64,000 bases of DNA, taken from assembly GCA_964609895.1 (NCBI GenBank), contig CAZSTG010000005.1, forward strand, positions 6,998-70,997, in the 5' to 3' direction. Numbering within the stretch: the first letter of the stretch is position 1; each line of letters starts with the position of its first letter. Source of the DNA: an uncultured Gammaproteobacteria bacterium. Lineage in GTDB: Bacteria; Patescibacteriota; Microgenomatia; UBA10105; UBA927. Made by a program: the position numbers and the translations under genes. Positions 1 to 10,720 of the stretch are shown piece by piece. A model generated the notes under the pieces. The model ran no database searches, was not told the origin of the DNA, and saw only the letters and a program-made list of their open reading frames with translations.

Positions 1-671
1 ATATCAACACCCTGAAAACCGGTTAATGTGCCCATATAGAGAATCTCATGGATGGTACAGTGCTCCCGCGGAATGATGATATCTCTGCGGAGTCTGATTC
101 CATTTGGAACAACAGTTTGATGTGCAAATGTTGTATGCCACTTTCTATTTCTCTTTTGTATCATGGAATCTGCATAATTCCATGTACAGCGTACATATCT
201 TGCGCATATTGCGTCCAACAGATGATACAGATAATTCAGCATTCTGTTGGAAAAACGGTTCTCCGCATAGTCTATAACGTAGTAAACTGACCGCACTGTT
301 CTACGACACCATTGCGACAGCAATCCTGCAAACGCGTTTATGTTGCCGGAACCGATACAAACATCAACCGGCCCCGTGGCTACTTTGAACAGCCAGAAAA
401 GCGAATAGAACAGGTCGATACCATACGCGCAGATCTCAGGTAAATGATGATCGATCGCCTCGTATTTTTTAACGAGTTTTCCGTTTACCCAATGTTCACA
501 ATAGGATTTTCTGATTGTATTGCTGCCCACATACCTATTTACATGTCCGATGAACAAAACTTCTTTTGCCTTTTGAGACAGAAGATAATCTCGTAGCTCA
601 TGAGGGGGACCGTAAATGAAGTCGTGACATATAACCGCAAATCTTCGCTTTTTGAAAAAATCCTGTGTCAT
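1..671 (-). CDS. GT4 (GT-B) glycosyltransferase, 3' end runs off the window
   Basis: Not in the ORF track. My own translation from ATG at 671 gives MTQDFFKKRRFAVICHDFIYGPPHELRDYLL...YYVIDY...VVPNG...ILYMGTLTGFQGVD, open to the window edge. The PNG and YMG..G..GVD pattern is typical of GT4. Confidence 0.75.
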   Translation of the reverse strand, partial: MTQDFFKKRRFAVICHDFIYGPPHELRDYLLSQKAKEVLFIGHVNRYVGSNTIRKSYCEHWVNGKLVKKYEAIDHHLPEICAYGIDLFYSLFWLFKVATGPVDVCIGSGNINAFAGLLSQWCRRTVRSVYYVIDYAENRFSNRMLNYLYHLLDAICARYVRCTWNYADSMIQKRNRKWHTTFAHQTVVPNGIRLRRDIIIPREHCTIHEILYMGTLTGFQGVD

Positions 672-679
672 GCCATGTA

Positions 680-2410
680 CTATTGCCCGCTGCCGTTGTT
701 TGTAAGAAATAGTTGAATTTCCTTTGAAATATCCGTCAGTCTCTTAGAAGATCCGTCGTAGGAGAACCCTATCACCTGACCCGCGGAAAATTTTTTGTCA
801 TTGTAATCTTGCAAGAGCAACTCCTTGTCCCAATAATAGCCGAACCCCTTTCCTGAGGATTCTTCATACCATTGACTGCCAAAACCCCAGAGTCTTCTGC
901 TTACCGGCAGGAGACTATCTGGAACATTTCCCGATTTATAGTACCAAACCATCAAAATATAACCCGGATCGAGCTGCAACGGAACAGGATGATTCATGTA
1001 ATTATAGTAATTGGTATTTCCCGTCAGGTATATTACCGACTTACTGGGTAATGTCGGCAAAAGACGGGAAAATTCAGTCAATACTTGCTTGGTATCCTGA
1101 CCGTATATGACATTTAGATACACATCCCTGCGGATGAGAACCACTTGTTTATAAAAATACAACACACTTCCTGCGACTATAATTGCTGTTACCAGCAGTT
1201 TAGGAAGGGTTTTTGTAAATCTCTTGCGGAACGTATCCAAAATAATTGCCGTCATTATTCCAATCGGGATGATGCTGGCGTATACATATCTTGACTCAAC
1301 GTACGCAGTACCTCTCTGTGACAGATACACACTTATCGGAACAAAACTCAAAACGTAAAACAAAAGAGCTATAAGCAGCGTTTTTTGCTGTTTTTTATTC
1401 GTAGCATACGCAACACCGATTGTGATCGATAGGAAAAATGAGAAAACAACCGATAGAAAATCCGAAATGATGTTTTCTGATATAACACCGGCGCTATTTA
1501 TGTACGCTGCAATATTGGAATAATTAAAGTTTAAGAATCTCTCGGCCATGCGAAACATATACTTAGGAGGAATAAATGTCTGCGACAGCGATATGAATGG
1601 GTAAAAAACGGAGTTAAACAAAAATTTCAGCCAGAATGAACCGGTACTATCCGATGCCGTCAACACAATATTTTTCCCGTACATTGATATCATTCTATAG
1701 ACTCCAAGTGCAACCATCGGCAGTATCAATAGCAAATTGCTTTTCAGGATTTTTATGACACTTTGTCGGCCTTTTGAAATCAAATACTGAAAAACCGGCA
1801 AAAATATGAAAATATAGAAACTTGCATCCTTAAACAGAAAAGCCAAATAGCCGAATGCCCATGACAAAATATAATATCTTTTTTCTTCATTTTTCGAGTA
1901 CATCATCATGAACCATACGGACAACAATATGCATGTTGTTGATGTTGGCACCTGCGTAACGTTGGCTATCCATGTAAAAGCCTGATTTGCTATGCTTGCA
2001 GTCACAAAAAAGAGTCCGCTGAAAACGGCAATAAACGTATTCTTATTACATTTCTTAAGCAGGCCAAATACCAACAAACCGTTCACTATATGAAAAACAT
2101 AGGATGTTAATGCAAATGGAAGAAGATTAAATGGAAAATAATAATAGAATACATTAATAAGTAAACTCCCAAGCAATCTTCCCTTCCCCATCAGTAATTC
2201 GAAGACACTGAAATTAACAATCGTTGATTTCAAACCGTCGGTATAAATACCTGCCATAGAAAGCCATTCATCATTAAGATAATACAGCTGAGGCAATTTT
2301 TCATAGCTGTACAGCGTAATAAGGACAATGAGGACGAAATACAGAATAAAGATATATCTTTTCTTTAGATTCCCGATGAATCCGACACAAAAATCTTTAG
2401 GCTTTTTCAT
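680..2410 (-). CDS. Polytopic GT-C-like membrane glycosyltransferase
   Basis: About 11-13 hydrophobic segments, acidic NDEW motif after TM1, GRLLG, FKD and ESRYVY motifs, soluble C-terminal domain. Start moved to MKKPKDF. Confidence 0.65.
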   Translation of the reverse strand: MKKPKDFCVGFIGNLKKRYIFILYFVLIVLITLYSYEKLPQLYYLNDEWLSMAGIYTDGLKSTIVNFSVFELLMGKGRLLGSLLINVFYYYFPFNLLPFALTSYVFHIVNGLLVFGLLKKCNKNTFIAVFSGLFFVTASIANQAFTWIANVTQVPTSTTCILLSVWFMMMYSKNEEKRYYILSWAFGYLAFLFKDASFYIFIFLPVFQYLISKGRQSVIKILKSNLLLILPMVALGVYRMISMYGKNIVLTASDSTGSFWLKFLFNSVFYPFISLSQTFIPPKYMFRMAERFLNFNYSNIAAYINSAGVISENIISDFLSVVFSFFLSITIGVAYATNKKQQKTLLIALLFYVLSFVPISVYLSQRGTAYVESRYVYASIIPIGIMTAIILDTFRKRFTKTLPKLLVTAIIVAGSVLYFYKQVVLIRRDVYLNVIYGQDTKQVLTEFSRLLPTLPSKSVIYLTGNTNYYNYMNHPVPLQLDPGYILMVWYYKSGNVPDSLLPVSRRLWGFGSQWYEESSGKGFGYYWDKELLLQDYNDKKFSAGQVIGFSYDGSSKRLTDISKEIQLFLTNNGSGQ

Positions 2411-3359
2411 ACCCGCGGTGAACAAAGTTTTGAGTATACCAGTCAACAGTAGTTTTTAATCCTGTATCAAAGTCCGTTGTTGAGGCGAAATTAAATTCCC
2501 TTTTCGCCCGAGTGGTATCAAGCATTCTGCGCGGCTGGCCATCCGGCTTGGTTTTATCCCACACGATTTTGCCCTCATAACCGGTATACTTTTTAATCTT
2601 TTCAACCAAATCTTTTATGGATATTTCAAAACCTGCACCGATATTCACCGGATCGGATTTGTCATAGTACTCCAAAGAAAGCCTGATTGCTCTGGCAGCA
2701 TCTTCGACATACAAGAATTCACGTGTGGCTTTTCCCGTACCCCAGACGACAACCTCATTCATATGCTTTTCTTTTGCCTCTATCATACGACGGATAAGCG
2801 CGGGTATAACATGGGAAGATTCCGGATTGAAATTATCACCCGGTCCATATAAATTAACTGGCAATAAAAAGATGGAATTGAAATTATACTGCGCCCTGTA
2901 TGATTCGGATTGTACCAAAAGCATTTTTTTGGAAAGCCCATAGGGGGCATTTGTTTCCTCTGGATATCCATTCCATAAGTTTTCTTCCTTAAACGGAACT
3001 GGGGTGAATTTTGGATAACAGCAGATGGTTCCAAGAGCTACAAACTTTTCAACACCCGCCTTCCATGCTTCATGAATAAGTTGAACTCCCATCAGCAAAT
3101 TTTTGTAAAACATTTCCGCAGGATGTTCTCGATTATAGCCTATGCCGCCAACCATTGCGGCCAAATGAATAACACCATCAACTCCTTTTACCGCCTTTTT
3201 CACATCAGATAATCTGCAAAAGTTTAGCTCTTTTGAAGAAGGATAAAGCAGATGCTTTGCACCATGTTGTTGAAGCTCATGAATGACGTGCTTTCCTAAA
3301 AATCCGTTTCCTCCTGTAACAAGTATTGTCTTATTCCGTATGTCAAATGTTTTCTTCAT
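2397..3359 (-). CDS. fcl: GDP-L-fucose synthase (GDP-4-keto-6-deoxymannose epimerase/reductase)
   Basis: [22 protein letters not shown] (catalytic Cys), [21 protein letters not shown] (catalytic His), [18 protein letters not shown]. Confidence 0.92.
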   Translation of the reverse strand: MKKTFDIRNKTILVTGGNGFLGKHVIHELQQHGAKHLLYPSSKELNFCRLSDVKKAVKGVDGVIHLAAMVGGIGYNREHPAEMFYKNLLMGVQLIHEAWKAGVEKFVALGTICCYPKFTPVPFKEENLWNGYPEETNAPYGLSKKMLLVQSESYRAQYNFNSIFLLPVNLYGPGDNFNPESSHVIPALIRRMIEAKEKHMNEVVVWGTGKATREFLYVEDAARAIRLSLEYYDKSDPVNIGAGFEISIKDLVEKIKKYTGYEGKIVWDKTKPDGQPRRMLDTTRAKREFNFASTTDFDTGLKTTVDWYTQNFVHRGYEKA

Positions 3360-4374
3360 AATTTGTTTCTCCTCTTGATAGATACCAATAATAGTGCAGT
3401 GTAGGTTTTTTGAACACTCTAGACCATATTGTATCATCTGATACAGACCGAATATGTGTTTGTATATATCTCCGGTATCTAATAAGTGTCGGCAGCCGCC
3501 GTATATTCCACCATATGGCTCTTTGAATATTCCATGCCAGTTGATATTTCCCCTTAACCAATGAGGTCAGAAAAAACGCCTCACAGAATAGCAGATGGAT
3601 TGGCAGAATCTTTATCAACCAACCGCCGCTCAAGTTCTTTATATATGAGTGTATTCGGTTTTTAAATGAATGATATTGAATAAAGGCGTTATTCATCGAA
3701 CTGCTCGTTGCACCCATTTTATGATAGATAACGGATTTGTATGCGTACACAATCCTATACCCCGCCAGCCACACCCGATGACACATATCCGTTTCTTCAA
3801 AATACGCGAAATACGAAGGATCGAGGATATTTCCTTCAACTTCCACTTTTTTCAACACTGATTTTTTAAACATCATACACGCACCTTTTGCTGTGTAAAG
3901 GTCAATTTGTTTATCGTATTTCGGAGTATCTTTTGCGCCGAAACCGTAATGGTACAAAAATCCTGTCGGAGTTAAAAATGCCCCCACACTGTCATGTGTA
4001 TCAGGATGATCCATCAGAAGAATCTTACTTTGTGCTCCGCCGATTTTTTTGTCACTTCCCATTACTCTCACCAATTCTGTCAAAAACGTTTTTGTCACCC
4101 GTGTATCGTTATTTAAGAAAAGAATATACTCACCTTTTGCAACCTTGTACCCCACGTTATTCGCGTCAGAGAACCCAAGGTTTTCCTTATTGATGAGAAT
4201 TGTTGTTTTCGGATAGTTTTTCTTCACCCAAGATACTGATTCGTCTTTTGAAGCATTATCAACAAAGATAATTTCATAATTTTTATACTCTTGTTTGGAC
4301 AGACTATCAAAACAATCTGGTAGCCATCGAAGACCATTCCAATTAATAATAATGATTGACACTAGACCTTTCAT
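3343..4374 (-). CDS. GT2 glycosyltransferase (rhamnosyltransferase-like)
   Basis: [20 protein letters not shown]...[22 protein letters not shown]. Confidence 0.9.
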   Translation of the reverse strand: MKGLVSIIIINWNGLRWLPDCFDSLSKQEYKNYEIIFVDNASKDESVSWVKKNYPKTTILINKENLGFSDANNVGYKVAKGEYILFLNNDTRVTKTFLTELVRVMGSDKKIGGAQSKILLMDHPDTHDSVGAFLTPTGFLYHYGFGAKDTPKYDKQIDLYTAKGACMMFKKSVLKKVEVEGNILDPSYFAYFEETDMCHRVWLAGYRIVYAYKSVIYHKMGATSSSMNNAFIQYHSFKNRIHSYIKNLSGGWLIKILPIHLLFCEAFFLTSLVKGKYQLAWNIQRAIWWNIRRLPTLIRYRRYIQTHIRSVSDDTIWSRVFKKPTLHYYWYLSRGETNYEENI

Positions 4375-5489
4375 GATAATCTTTCCGAATAAAACTTCTT
4401 AATAAATTTTGCGACATATGCTATCTGTTCCTGTGTGAGTTCCGGATACATCGGTAACGATACTAACTCTTCCGCATATTGTTCAGCATTTGGAAAATCT
4501 CCCTTTGTATAACCCAAATGTGAAAATGCACCGGTCAAATGAAGTGGAACGGGATAATGTATTAATGTCCCAACTCCATGATCTTTCAAATACTGCTGCA
4601 GTTCATCGCGATATTGAGCCCGAATTGCATAAATGTGAAACACACTTTGTCTGTCAGGAAGTAGCATCGGCATCACAATATCACTGCACCCATAAAGACA
4701 CTCATTATAATAGGAGGCGTTTTTTCTTCTTTGACTGTTCCATGCATCAAGATGTGACAATTTTTTACGAAGCACAGCAGCCTGAATCGAATCCAAACGG
4801 GAATTCACGCCGATAGATTCATGATGATATTTTGTTGTTTGCCCGTATTCCCTGAGCAAACGATACGTTTTGTCCAAATCATCATCATTTGTCGCAATGA
4901 CACCGCCATCCCCGTATGCACCAAGGTTCTTCCCCGGATAGAACGAAAATGCAGAAAATCTGCCGAAGGTACCTACTTTTTTGTTTTCATATACGGCGCC
5001 GTGTGCCTGACATGCGTCTTCTATAAGAAAAATTTCCTTGTTTTTTTCCTGAATCACCTGCTGAATACCTGATATATTTTCCGGTTGACCATAGAGGTGA
5101 ACTGCGATAATTGCTTTCGTTTTTTTGGTTATTTTTTTCCTAAGATCCGGCAGCGACATGCCGTAGTATTCGTCACTATCAACAAATACCGGACGAAGAT
5201 TATTACGCACTACCGCAACCGCGGTTGCATAAAACGTATTCACGGGAACGATAACCTCATCATCAGGTGACAAATGTAACGCTTCAATTCCCAAAATGAG
5301 CGCATCAGTACCTGAATTGACGGAAATGACATGTTTGACGCCTAAAAATGAAGCAAATTCTTCTTCAAAGGCGGCTACTTCCCTGCCTCCAATAAACTGC
5401 ATCTCATGAAAAATCCGACTGAATGATTCATTTACCTCAGACTGTATGGATACATATTGTTCCTGCAGATCCAGATACGGTACATTCAT
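4371..5489 (-). CDS. DegT/DnrJ/EryC1/StrS PLP-dependent sugar aminotransferase (FdtB/QdtB-like)
   Basis: NSGTDAL, VHLYGQ, EDACQAHGA, SFYPGKNLGAYGDGG (PLP lysine), NSRLD.IQAA, IHYP.PLH, SLPMYP. Confidence 0.93.
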   Translation of the reverse strand: MNVPYLDLQEQYVSIQSEVNESFSRIFHEMQFIGGREVAAFEEEFASFLGVKHVISVNSGTDALILGIEALHLSPDDEVIVPVNTFYATAVAVVRNNLRPVFVDSDEYYGMSLPDLRKKITKKTKAIIAVHLYGQPENISGIQQVIQEKNKEIFLIEDACQAHGAVYENKKVGTFGRFSAFSFYPGKNLGAYGDGGVIATNDDDLDKTYRLLREYGQTTKYHHESIGVNSRLDSIQAAVLRKKLSHLDAWNSQRRKNASYYNECLYGCSDIVMPMLLPDRQSVFHIYAIRAQYRDELQQYLKDHGVGTLIHYPVPLHLTGAFSHLGYTKGDFPNAEQYAEELVSLPMYPELTQEQIAYVAKFIKKFYSERLS

Positions 5490-6016
5490 AGACTGTGCGT
5501 GTGGGCAATATCCTTTTTATGTTTTATAACACGGGCGGGGTTTCCGACAACCACCGCGTCATCCTCAACATCTTCGGTAACGACACTCCCTGCGCCGATA
5601 AGACAGTTTTTCCCGATATGAATGCCAGGCAGAATCGTCGCATTTGACCCGATGACAGTTCCGTCCCCCACAATAGCACCGCCTACTTCTTGGACGCATT
5701 TCGGACATGGCGGATACGGATCATCGGTAAACACAACATGGGGAGCGATAATAACGTTATTTCCGAGAGTAACCGATTCCAAAAAACACGATGTGTGAAT
5801 TTTTGTGTCATTGCCAATTTTATTACCCGGACCCAAATAGGAATTTACTCCCACCGAAACCCGATCACCGATCGTGTTCTGTTCCCGTATAACGGCATTA
5901 TGGCCGGTTACGAAACCGCTTCCATACACACTTCCGTCATAGATAACCGTCCCCGAGCGGACTATTGCATCTGGGTGCTGTTTTTTAAATGTCAGTTCAT
6001 CAATTATGTCTGCCAT
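5486..6016 (-). CDS. Left-handed beta-helix (hexapeptide repeat) sugar N-acyltransferase
   Basis: Hexapeptide repeats, TDDPYP, IGSNATILPG, IGAGSVVTEDV, VVGNPAR. Confidence 0.88.
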   Translation of the reverse strand: MADIIDELTFKKQHPDAIVRSGTVIYDGSVYGSGFVTGHNAVIREQNTIGDRVSVGVNSYLGPGNKIGNDTKIHTSCFLESVTLGNNVIIAPHVVFTDDPYPPCPKCVQEVGGAIVGDGTVIGSNATILPGIHIGKNCLIGAGSVVTEDVEDDAVVVGNPARVIKHKKDIAHTHSL

Positions 6017-6018
6017 AG

Positions 6019-6426
6019 CTACAGTAGTGAGTATGGAATAGTGTCCGGTGCGTCATGGTGATACGGTTTATCTGCATAATCAATCATCATTGCGGTTTCA
6101 GAAATGTTTTGAAATGCATGAGCAATATTTTTTCCTATAAATACCCGCTCGTATTCATCGTTATTCCCGTCTAAAACCCGTTCCATGCGTTCATGCGTCT
6201 TCATGTCCTCTGCAACAAGTTTCACTGTACCCGCAATCACGACAAACCACTCGTCTTTCGTCTTGTGATAATGATTTCCCCGTATGACGCCTCTTTGTTC
6301 AAAGGTCACAAAATATATCTGACCGAGTTTTTGATGGTCTTTCGACATTTCATCACCTTTAATAAAGTCAACGAGAAAACCCCGTTTATCTCTTCGTCTC
6401 ACTGCCTTATCAAAAACTATATTCAT
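6019..6426 (-). CDS. Cupin-fold nucleotide-sugar isomerase/epimerase (WxcM/FdtA/CapF-cupin-like)
   Basis: DKRG, RGNHYH..K.EWF, AHAFQN. Lies directly upstream of the acyltransferase and aminotransferase genes. Confidence 0.8.
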   Translation of the reverse strand: MNIVFDKAVRRRDKRGFLVDFIKGDEMSKDHQKLGQIYFVTFEQRGVIRGNHYHKTKDEWFVVIAGTVKLVAEDMKTHERMERVLDGNNDEYERVFIGKNIAHAFQNISETAMMIDYADKPYHHDAPDTIPYSLL

Positions 6427-7418
6427 TATGTTTTCCTGTGAATCTTTTGTCTTCTTAAAATTGTAACACGCACCAGTTCAAATACCAAAGCTACGAAGGA
6501 AGCCATGGTCAACGGAAAATGATACAGCCATTCTTTCTTTCCCGTGATTATATATCCAACGACCGAAACACACAGAGGCAATACAAACAGTCCTGCATAT
6601 ATCGGCCATACCAGTTTTTTGAATTTTCTCATGGCTGAAAAATAGACGATTCTCTTTTTAATCCCGTATTCCGAGCCTAGCAGGTAATTGTCAAACGCCC
6701 ATCGCTGTTTTCTGAAATACTGAGACAATGAGGAGATGGTATGGTGTGCCACCTGAGCATGAGGGACATACGCAAGGTAATCCTTACGGGTAATCGCGTC
6801 CACAATGGGTAAAATATCGTCACCGGGATTAGCTCGTTCGTTTTCCTGTCTTCGTATCGTCGTTCCCTGCGCCAACGCAATCATCGGATAATCCACAGGC
6901 GAGAATTTATATATAATAGAATGTTCATTTTTCTGGATCGTTTGATAACATAATTCGAATGTTCTCGTATTTGACGCATTTCCATAGACAAAATGACTGA
7001 TCGGGTCGGTAAACATATTAATATATTTAGAGATCCAATAATCATTCTCTGTGCTCACCTGTATCGGATAGGTTATCATCACCCGTCCGTCCTTTTTAAA
7101 CGGGTATATGATATGAGTAATGAAGTCCGTACCGATAAGCTCGTTATCCGCAGCCAATATCGTCACGTACCGGCCGATTGCCTGTGACATACCCAGTGTT
7201 ACACCAAATTCGGCAAGTTTTTTGGGATTGTGAATGATCGTACAACCAAATTTTTTGCCTATCTCGATCGTCTGGTCTGTTGATCCGCCGTCACATAACA
7301 GAATTTCAATTTTTTCTTTCGGATACTGTTGTGCCTTGATGGAGGTAAGACAAAGCGGTAAATCCTGTTCACTATTGTATACCGGGATCACTATGGAAAG
7401 ATCAATTGATCGCGTCAT
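6426..7418 (-). CDS. GT2 glycosyltransferase with C-terminal membrane helices
   Basis: SIVIPVYNSE, DGGSTD, degenerate DxD (AADN), two C-terminal hydrophobic helices. Start set at MTRSIDL. Confidence 0.85.
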   Translation of the reverse strand: MTRSIDLSIVIPVYNSEQDLPLCLTSIKAQQYPKEKIEILLCDGGSTDQTIEIGKKFGCTIIHNPKKLAEFGVTLGMSQAIGRYVTILAADNELIGTDFITHIIYPFKKDGRVMITYPIQVSTENDYWISKYINMFTDPISHFVYGNASNTRTFELCYQTIQKNEHSIIYKFSPVDYPMIALAQGTTIRRQENERANPGDDILPIVDAITRKDYLAYVPHAQVAHHTISSLSQYFRKQRWAFDNYLLGSEYGIKKRIVYFSAMRKFKKLVWPIYAGLFVLPLCVSVVGYIITGKKEWLYHFPLTMASFVALVFELVRVTILRRQKIHRKT

Positions 7419-7419
7419 A

Positions 7420-8271
7420 TTATTTTTTACCAACATATGAGTAATATACCAACCCACAAAACCCCGCGGCAAATTCTGTGGTCTTCAAAAAAAGCATTCC
7501 TATACCCATAAAGGGATTGTGAAAAAGTTTCAGAGGATTTTTGAAAAAAAGCAGATACCGTGCAACGATGTTTGACTGTTTTCTGTAATACCCTCTGTTG
7601 GATACCTTTTGGGAATACATGTTCAGATTCTTTGCATAATAAAACTTTTTCCGCAGCGTTTTCCACAAAGACAGGCTTCCTTCATTATGCAGGATACACG
7701 ATGTAATTCTCCCGATTGCGTGTTCTCCCACCATATCATGTAAACGCTGCTGTATATCAAAGTCTTCCGGACCGGTCAACGATTCGTCATATCCGTGCAG
7801 TGCATTGAATGCTTCTTTTGCATAAAATCTGGCGGCTTCAATCCAATCAACGCCGACATAAAACGAACGTTCCAGCGCTTTGCAGTTGGCCCAAAATCCC
7901 GTTCCTATTGATATCTCCGGAATGACAAGTGCTGCCAACTTTACACCGCTTTTTTGTGACTTTATGATTTCATCGACGCATTTCTCAACGATGTCGTTTG
8001 CAAGCAGCATATCCGCATCCAAAAACAGAAGATACTCCCCTTTTGATTGCATTGCTCCAAAATTACGCTGGGCGGAACGTTCCGGCCCCTTGTCAACAAC
8101 CTGTATACCACAATTCTGAACAATTTCCCTTGTGTTATCTGAAGAATGATTGTCCACGACAATCACTTCCACATGCTTGTACGTCTGCTTGGTAATACTA
8201 TTAAGGCATGCGCCGATATGCAGCGCTTCATTTTTTGTCGTTATCACAATTGAAACAAGGGGAGTTTTCAT
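7420..8271 (-). CDS. GT2 glycosyltransferase
   Basis: SIVITTKNE, VDNHSSD, GPERSAQRNFG, FLDADM, GYDE.L.GPEDFD. Confidence 0.9.
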   Translation of the reverse strand: MKTPLVSIVITTKNEALHIGACLNSITKQTYKHVEVIVVDNHSSDNTREIVQNCGIQVVDKGPERSAQRNFGAMQSKGEYLLFLDADMLLANDIVEKCVDEIIKSQKSGVKLAALVIPEISIGTGFWANCKALERSFYVGVDWIEAARFYAKEAFNALHGYDESLTGPEDFDIQQRLHDMVGEHAIGRITSCILHNEGSLSLWKTLRKKFYYAKNLNMYSQKVSNRGYYRKQSNIVARYLLFFKNPLKLFHNPFMGIGMLFLKTTEFAAGFCGLVYYSYVGKK

Positions 8272-8272
8272 A

Positions 8273-9610
8273 TCATTGTTCGTTATATCCGATCACCGTC
8301 CAAAGAGTCAGAAGTACGACAAACGCAAGAAGGAATCTATTGATCCATAGAAACGGCTTTTTCTTTGCAAGCTTCGGAAAAACCGCGGGCAATGCGCCAC
8401 ATGCCACCATGACAAGATATGTCCGAAAAACTGGATAAGAAAATCCGAATACTCTCCCCCAACTGCCGGCAAACATGGAAAGTCCAATAACAACAAATGA
8501 CAAGGCCGTCACAATATAATTTTTATTAACATATTCTTTGAAAAATACCGCAATGGCAATTGATAAAAACGGATAAAACGGATACCTGTACCATCCGTGC
8601 ATTGGTTCACTGGGGATGGCAAACACAAATACAGCAAAATACGCGAGGAATCCCAAAACAATAGGCAAATTCTTTTTCAGGTCTTTTGTGCTTAACCAGA
8701 TGATTGCAGCCCATCCAAAATAGATCCACCCATCAACAAGCAGCCTGTCTGCCGTAATCGGATCCCGAAACAAGACAAACAGACTGTCAAACGCCATATC
8801 GTAGCGCGCAAGCTGCAGTTTCCAGAGATTTCCAAACAATGCGGCATCCATGGAATATCCATATATGAGCCACCCGACAAGAAACAATACAGTTGCTCCT
8901 GCAACGATTCCGGCAGCCTTCCATTTTTTAGAAAAAAGAAACATGCAAATCACGGCAAGAGAAGCCGTGATCCACGGTATTTTTGCAAGCGGTAACAATC
9001 CGCAAAGCAGTGCTGTACCTGTCAAATATAACGTATTCAATCTTTTATTTTTCGGTTCGCTTTCAATATATCGATATGCAAAATAAAGTGCGAACAAAAA
9101 CAAAGGTATGAAAAAGTTTTCGTTTTGCACCAACCGTGATCCGATCACAACCGTTGGCAAAATAGCGTACACACAAGAAGCCAGTAAACCAACCACATTT
9201 CCATATACGGCATGTGCCAATACAAACACGGCAAATATGGAAATCACGCCCATCAGTAGTGCAAGCGGTCGCATTGTTGCAATAGTCACATCATCAAATG
9301 TACTTACTCCCCGAAGATTAGCGAATGTTCCTGCGACAATCCCAAATAATGGCGGATGTTCCAAGTACGGCTGTACAAGCGTGAAATGTGCACCCTGCGG
9401 ATTAAAGTATTCTGTTTTATTTGTATACACGGCATGGGGAGACCATGAAACAGGGACACCTGTATTGATGATGCTTACCCCCTGAAACGTCCATGCAAAT
9501 TCGTCAAATGTCGCCCCTTCCCTCGGCCACACACTCAAGTTATGATGACGAAGCAGACCCCCAACAAGAAGTATTGTTATGAATAGAATGGAAACAAGCC
9601 ATTTTTTCAT
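8273..9610 (-). CDS. ArnT/PMT-family (GT83/GT39-like) GT-C glycosyltransferase
   Basis: TM1-LR..., FDE acidic motif, EHPPLFG, SRLVQNE, LAKIP, GWYRYP, many TM segments. Confidence 0.8.
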   Translation of the reverse strand: MKKWLVSILFITILLVGGLLRHHNLSVWPREGATFDEFAWTFQGVSIINTGVPVSWSPHAVYTNKTEYFNPQGAHFTLVQPYLEHPPLFGIVAGTFANLRGVSTFDDVTIATMRPLALLMGVISIFAVFVLAHAVYGNVVGLLASCVYAILPTVVIGSRLVQNENFFIPLFLFALYFAYRYIESEPKNKRLNTLYLTGTALLCGLLPLAKIPWITASLAVICMFLFSKKWKAAGIVAGATVLFLVGWLIYGYSMDAALFGNLWKLQLARYDMAFDSLFVLFRDPITADRLLVDGWIYFGWAAIIWLSTKDLKKNLPIVLGFLAYFAVFVFAIPSEPMHGWYRYPFYPFLSIAIAVFFKEYVNKNYIVTALSFVVIGLSMFAGSWGRVFGFSYPVFRTYLVMVACGALPAVFPKLAKKKPFLWINRFLLAFVVLLTLWTVIGYNEQ

Positions 9611-9611
9611 A

Positions 9612-10718
9612 CTATTTTTTAACCACGCTTGTCAGCAATGTCATACTTTGTTTCGCGACCGTATTCCAATGCAAGCTTTTTTCCCACGCCTTTCCATTTT
9701 TTTGAAACGCGGTGTATCTTTTTGTATCTTTATACAATTTGATTGCCTCGCGCGCCATGTCCTGCGGAGAATTATTCTGAATTACCACGCCGGTTTTTGC
9801 GTGTTGTACCACATCTTTCAGTCCTTCAACGTTATACACAACTGCAGGCGTTCCGACAGAGGCTGCTTCCAAGACTACCAGCCCCCATCCTTCTTTCACT
9901 GATGCATGAAGCAGTATATGTGCCCGCGACATGTATTCATATTTCTCAACTTCTGATACCGCTCCAATAAATGTCACGTTTTCTTTAATACCGTATTCTT
10001 CCACCATTTGCTCTAATTCATTCAAATATTTTTTTTCACCTTTGCCCACAATCCAAAGCTTTGCGTTCGTTTGCTCTCTTGTTATAAATGAAAACGCTTT
10101 TATCACCTCTTCTATTCCTTTCATACGCACAACGCGGGAAACAAAAATATACGTCGGCACAGACTCCTTTACTTCTTCAATTGCATGAATCCGTTTAATG
10201 ATAGGACACGGTATGGCAACACATTGTTCTTTCGGAATTCCCCATGAGGCGAGCTCATCAATCGTTGAGGGTGCATCCGTCCATATACGGCAGTGCCGGT
10301 ACCATCTGAATGCCCAACGTTCAAGAAGCTTCCCAATTGGTGCAATCGGCCACTTATACATATAGTCCCAAATCTCATCTGCTACTTCATGAATGAATGC
10401 AACCACAGGTGTGCGGGTAAACAATGGTGCAAAAAAAGGCAGTCCGTGTACTTCATCAACAATCACGTCATAATTTTTTCCTGCTGCCAAAACAAACAAA
10501 GGAGCTATCAAATGAATAGTGAGCATTCCACCAAAACGCAAAAACTCAACCCCTTCGATTGTCTCCTGACGGCTTTTTTGTTCATAATACCCGCCTGATA
10601 CCCACGTCACTGTATGCCCTGCCTTTGTCCACGCCTTTGTATGCTCAAACGTGACAATTTCAGCGCCTCCCGCGCTTGGATGCCATGGATCCCGCCAATT
10701 AAGAAGTAGTATGTTCAT
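9612..10718 (-). CDS. GT4 glycosyltransferase
   Basis: NWRD..HP.AGGAE, SRVVRMKG, KEGWGLVVLEA (EX7E). Confidence 0.92.
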   Translation of the reverse strand: MNILLLNWRDPWHPSAGGAEIVTFEHTKAWTKAGHTVTWVSGGYYEQKSRQETIEGVEFLRFGGMLTIHLIAPLFVLAAGKNYDVIVDEVHGLPFFAPLFTRTPVVAFIHEVADEIWDYMYKWPIAPIGKLLERWAFRWYRHCRIWTDAPSTIDELASWGIPKEQCVAIPCPIIKRIHAIEEVKESVPTYIFVSRVVRMKGIEEVIKAFSFITREQTNAKLWIVGKGEKKYLNELEQMVEEYGIKENVTFIGAVSEVEKYEYMSRAHILLHASVKEGWGLVVLEAASVGTPAVVYNVEGLKDVVQHAKTGVVIQNNSPQDMAREAIKLYKDTKRYTAFQKNGKAWEKSLHWNTVAKQSMTLLTSVVKK

Positions 10719-10720
10719 AC

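Noticed and set aside
48-290. 80-aa plus-strand ORF
   Set aside because: It lies antisense to the partial GT4 gene (1-671), which has family motifs.
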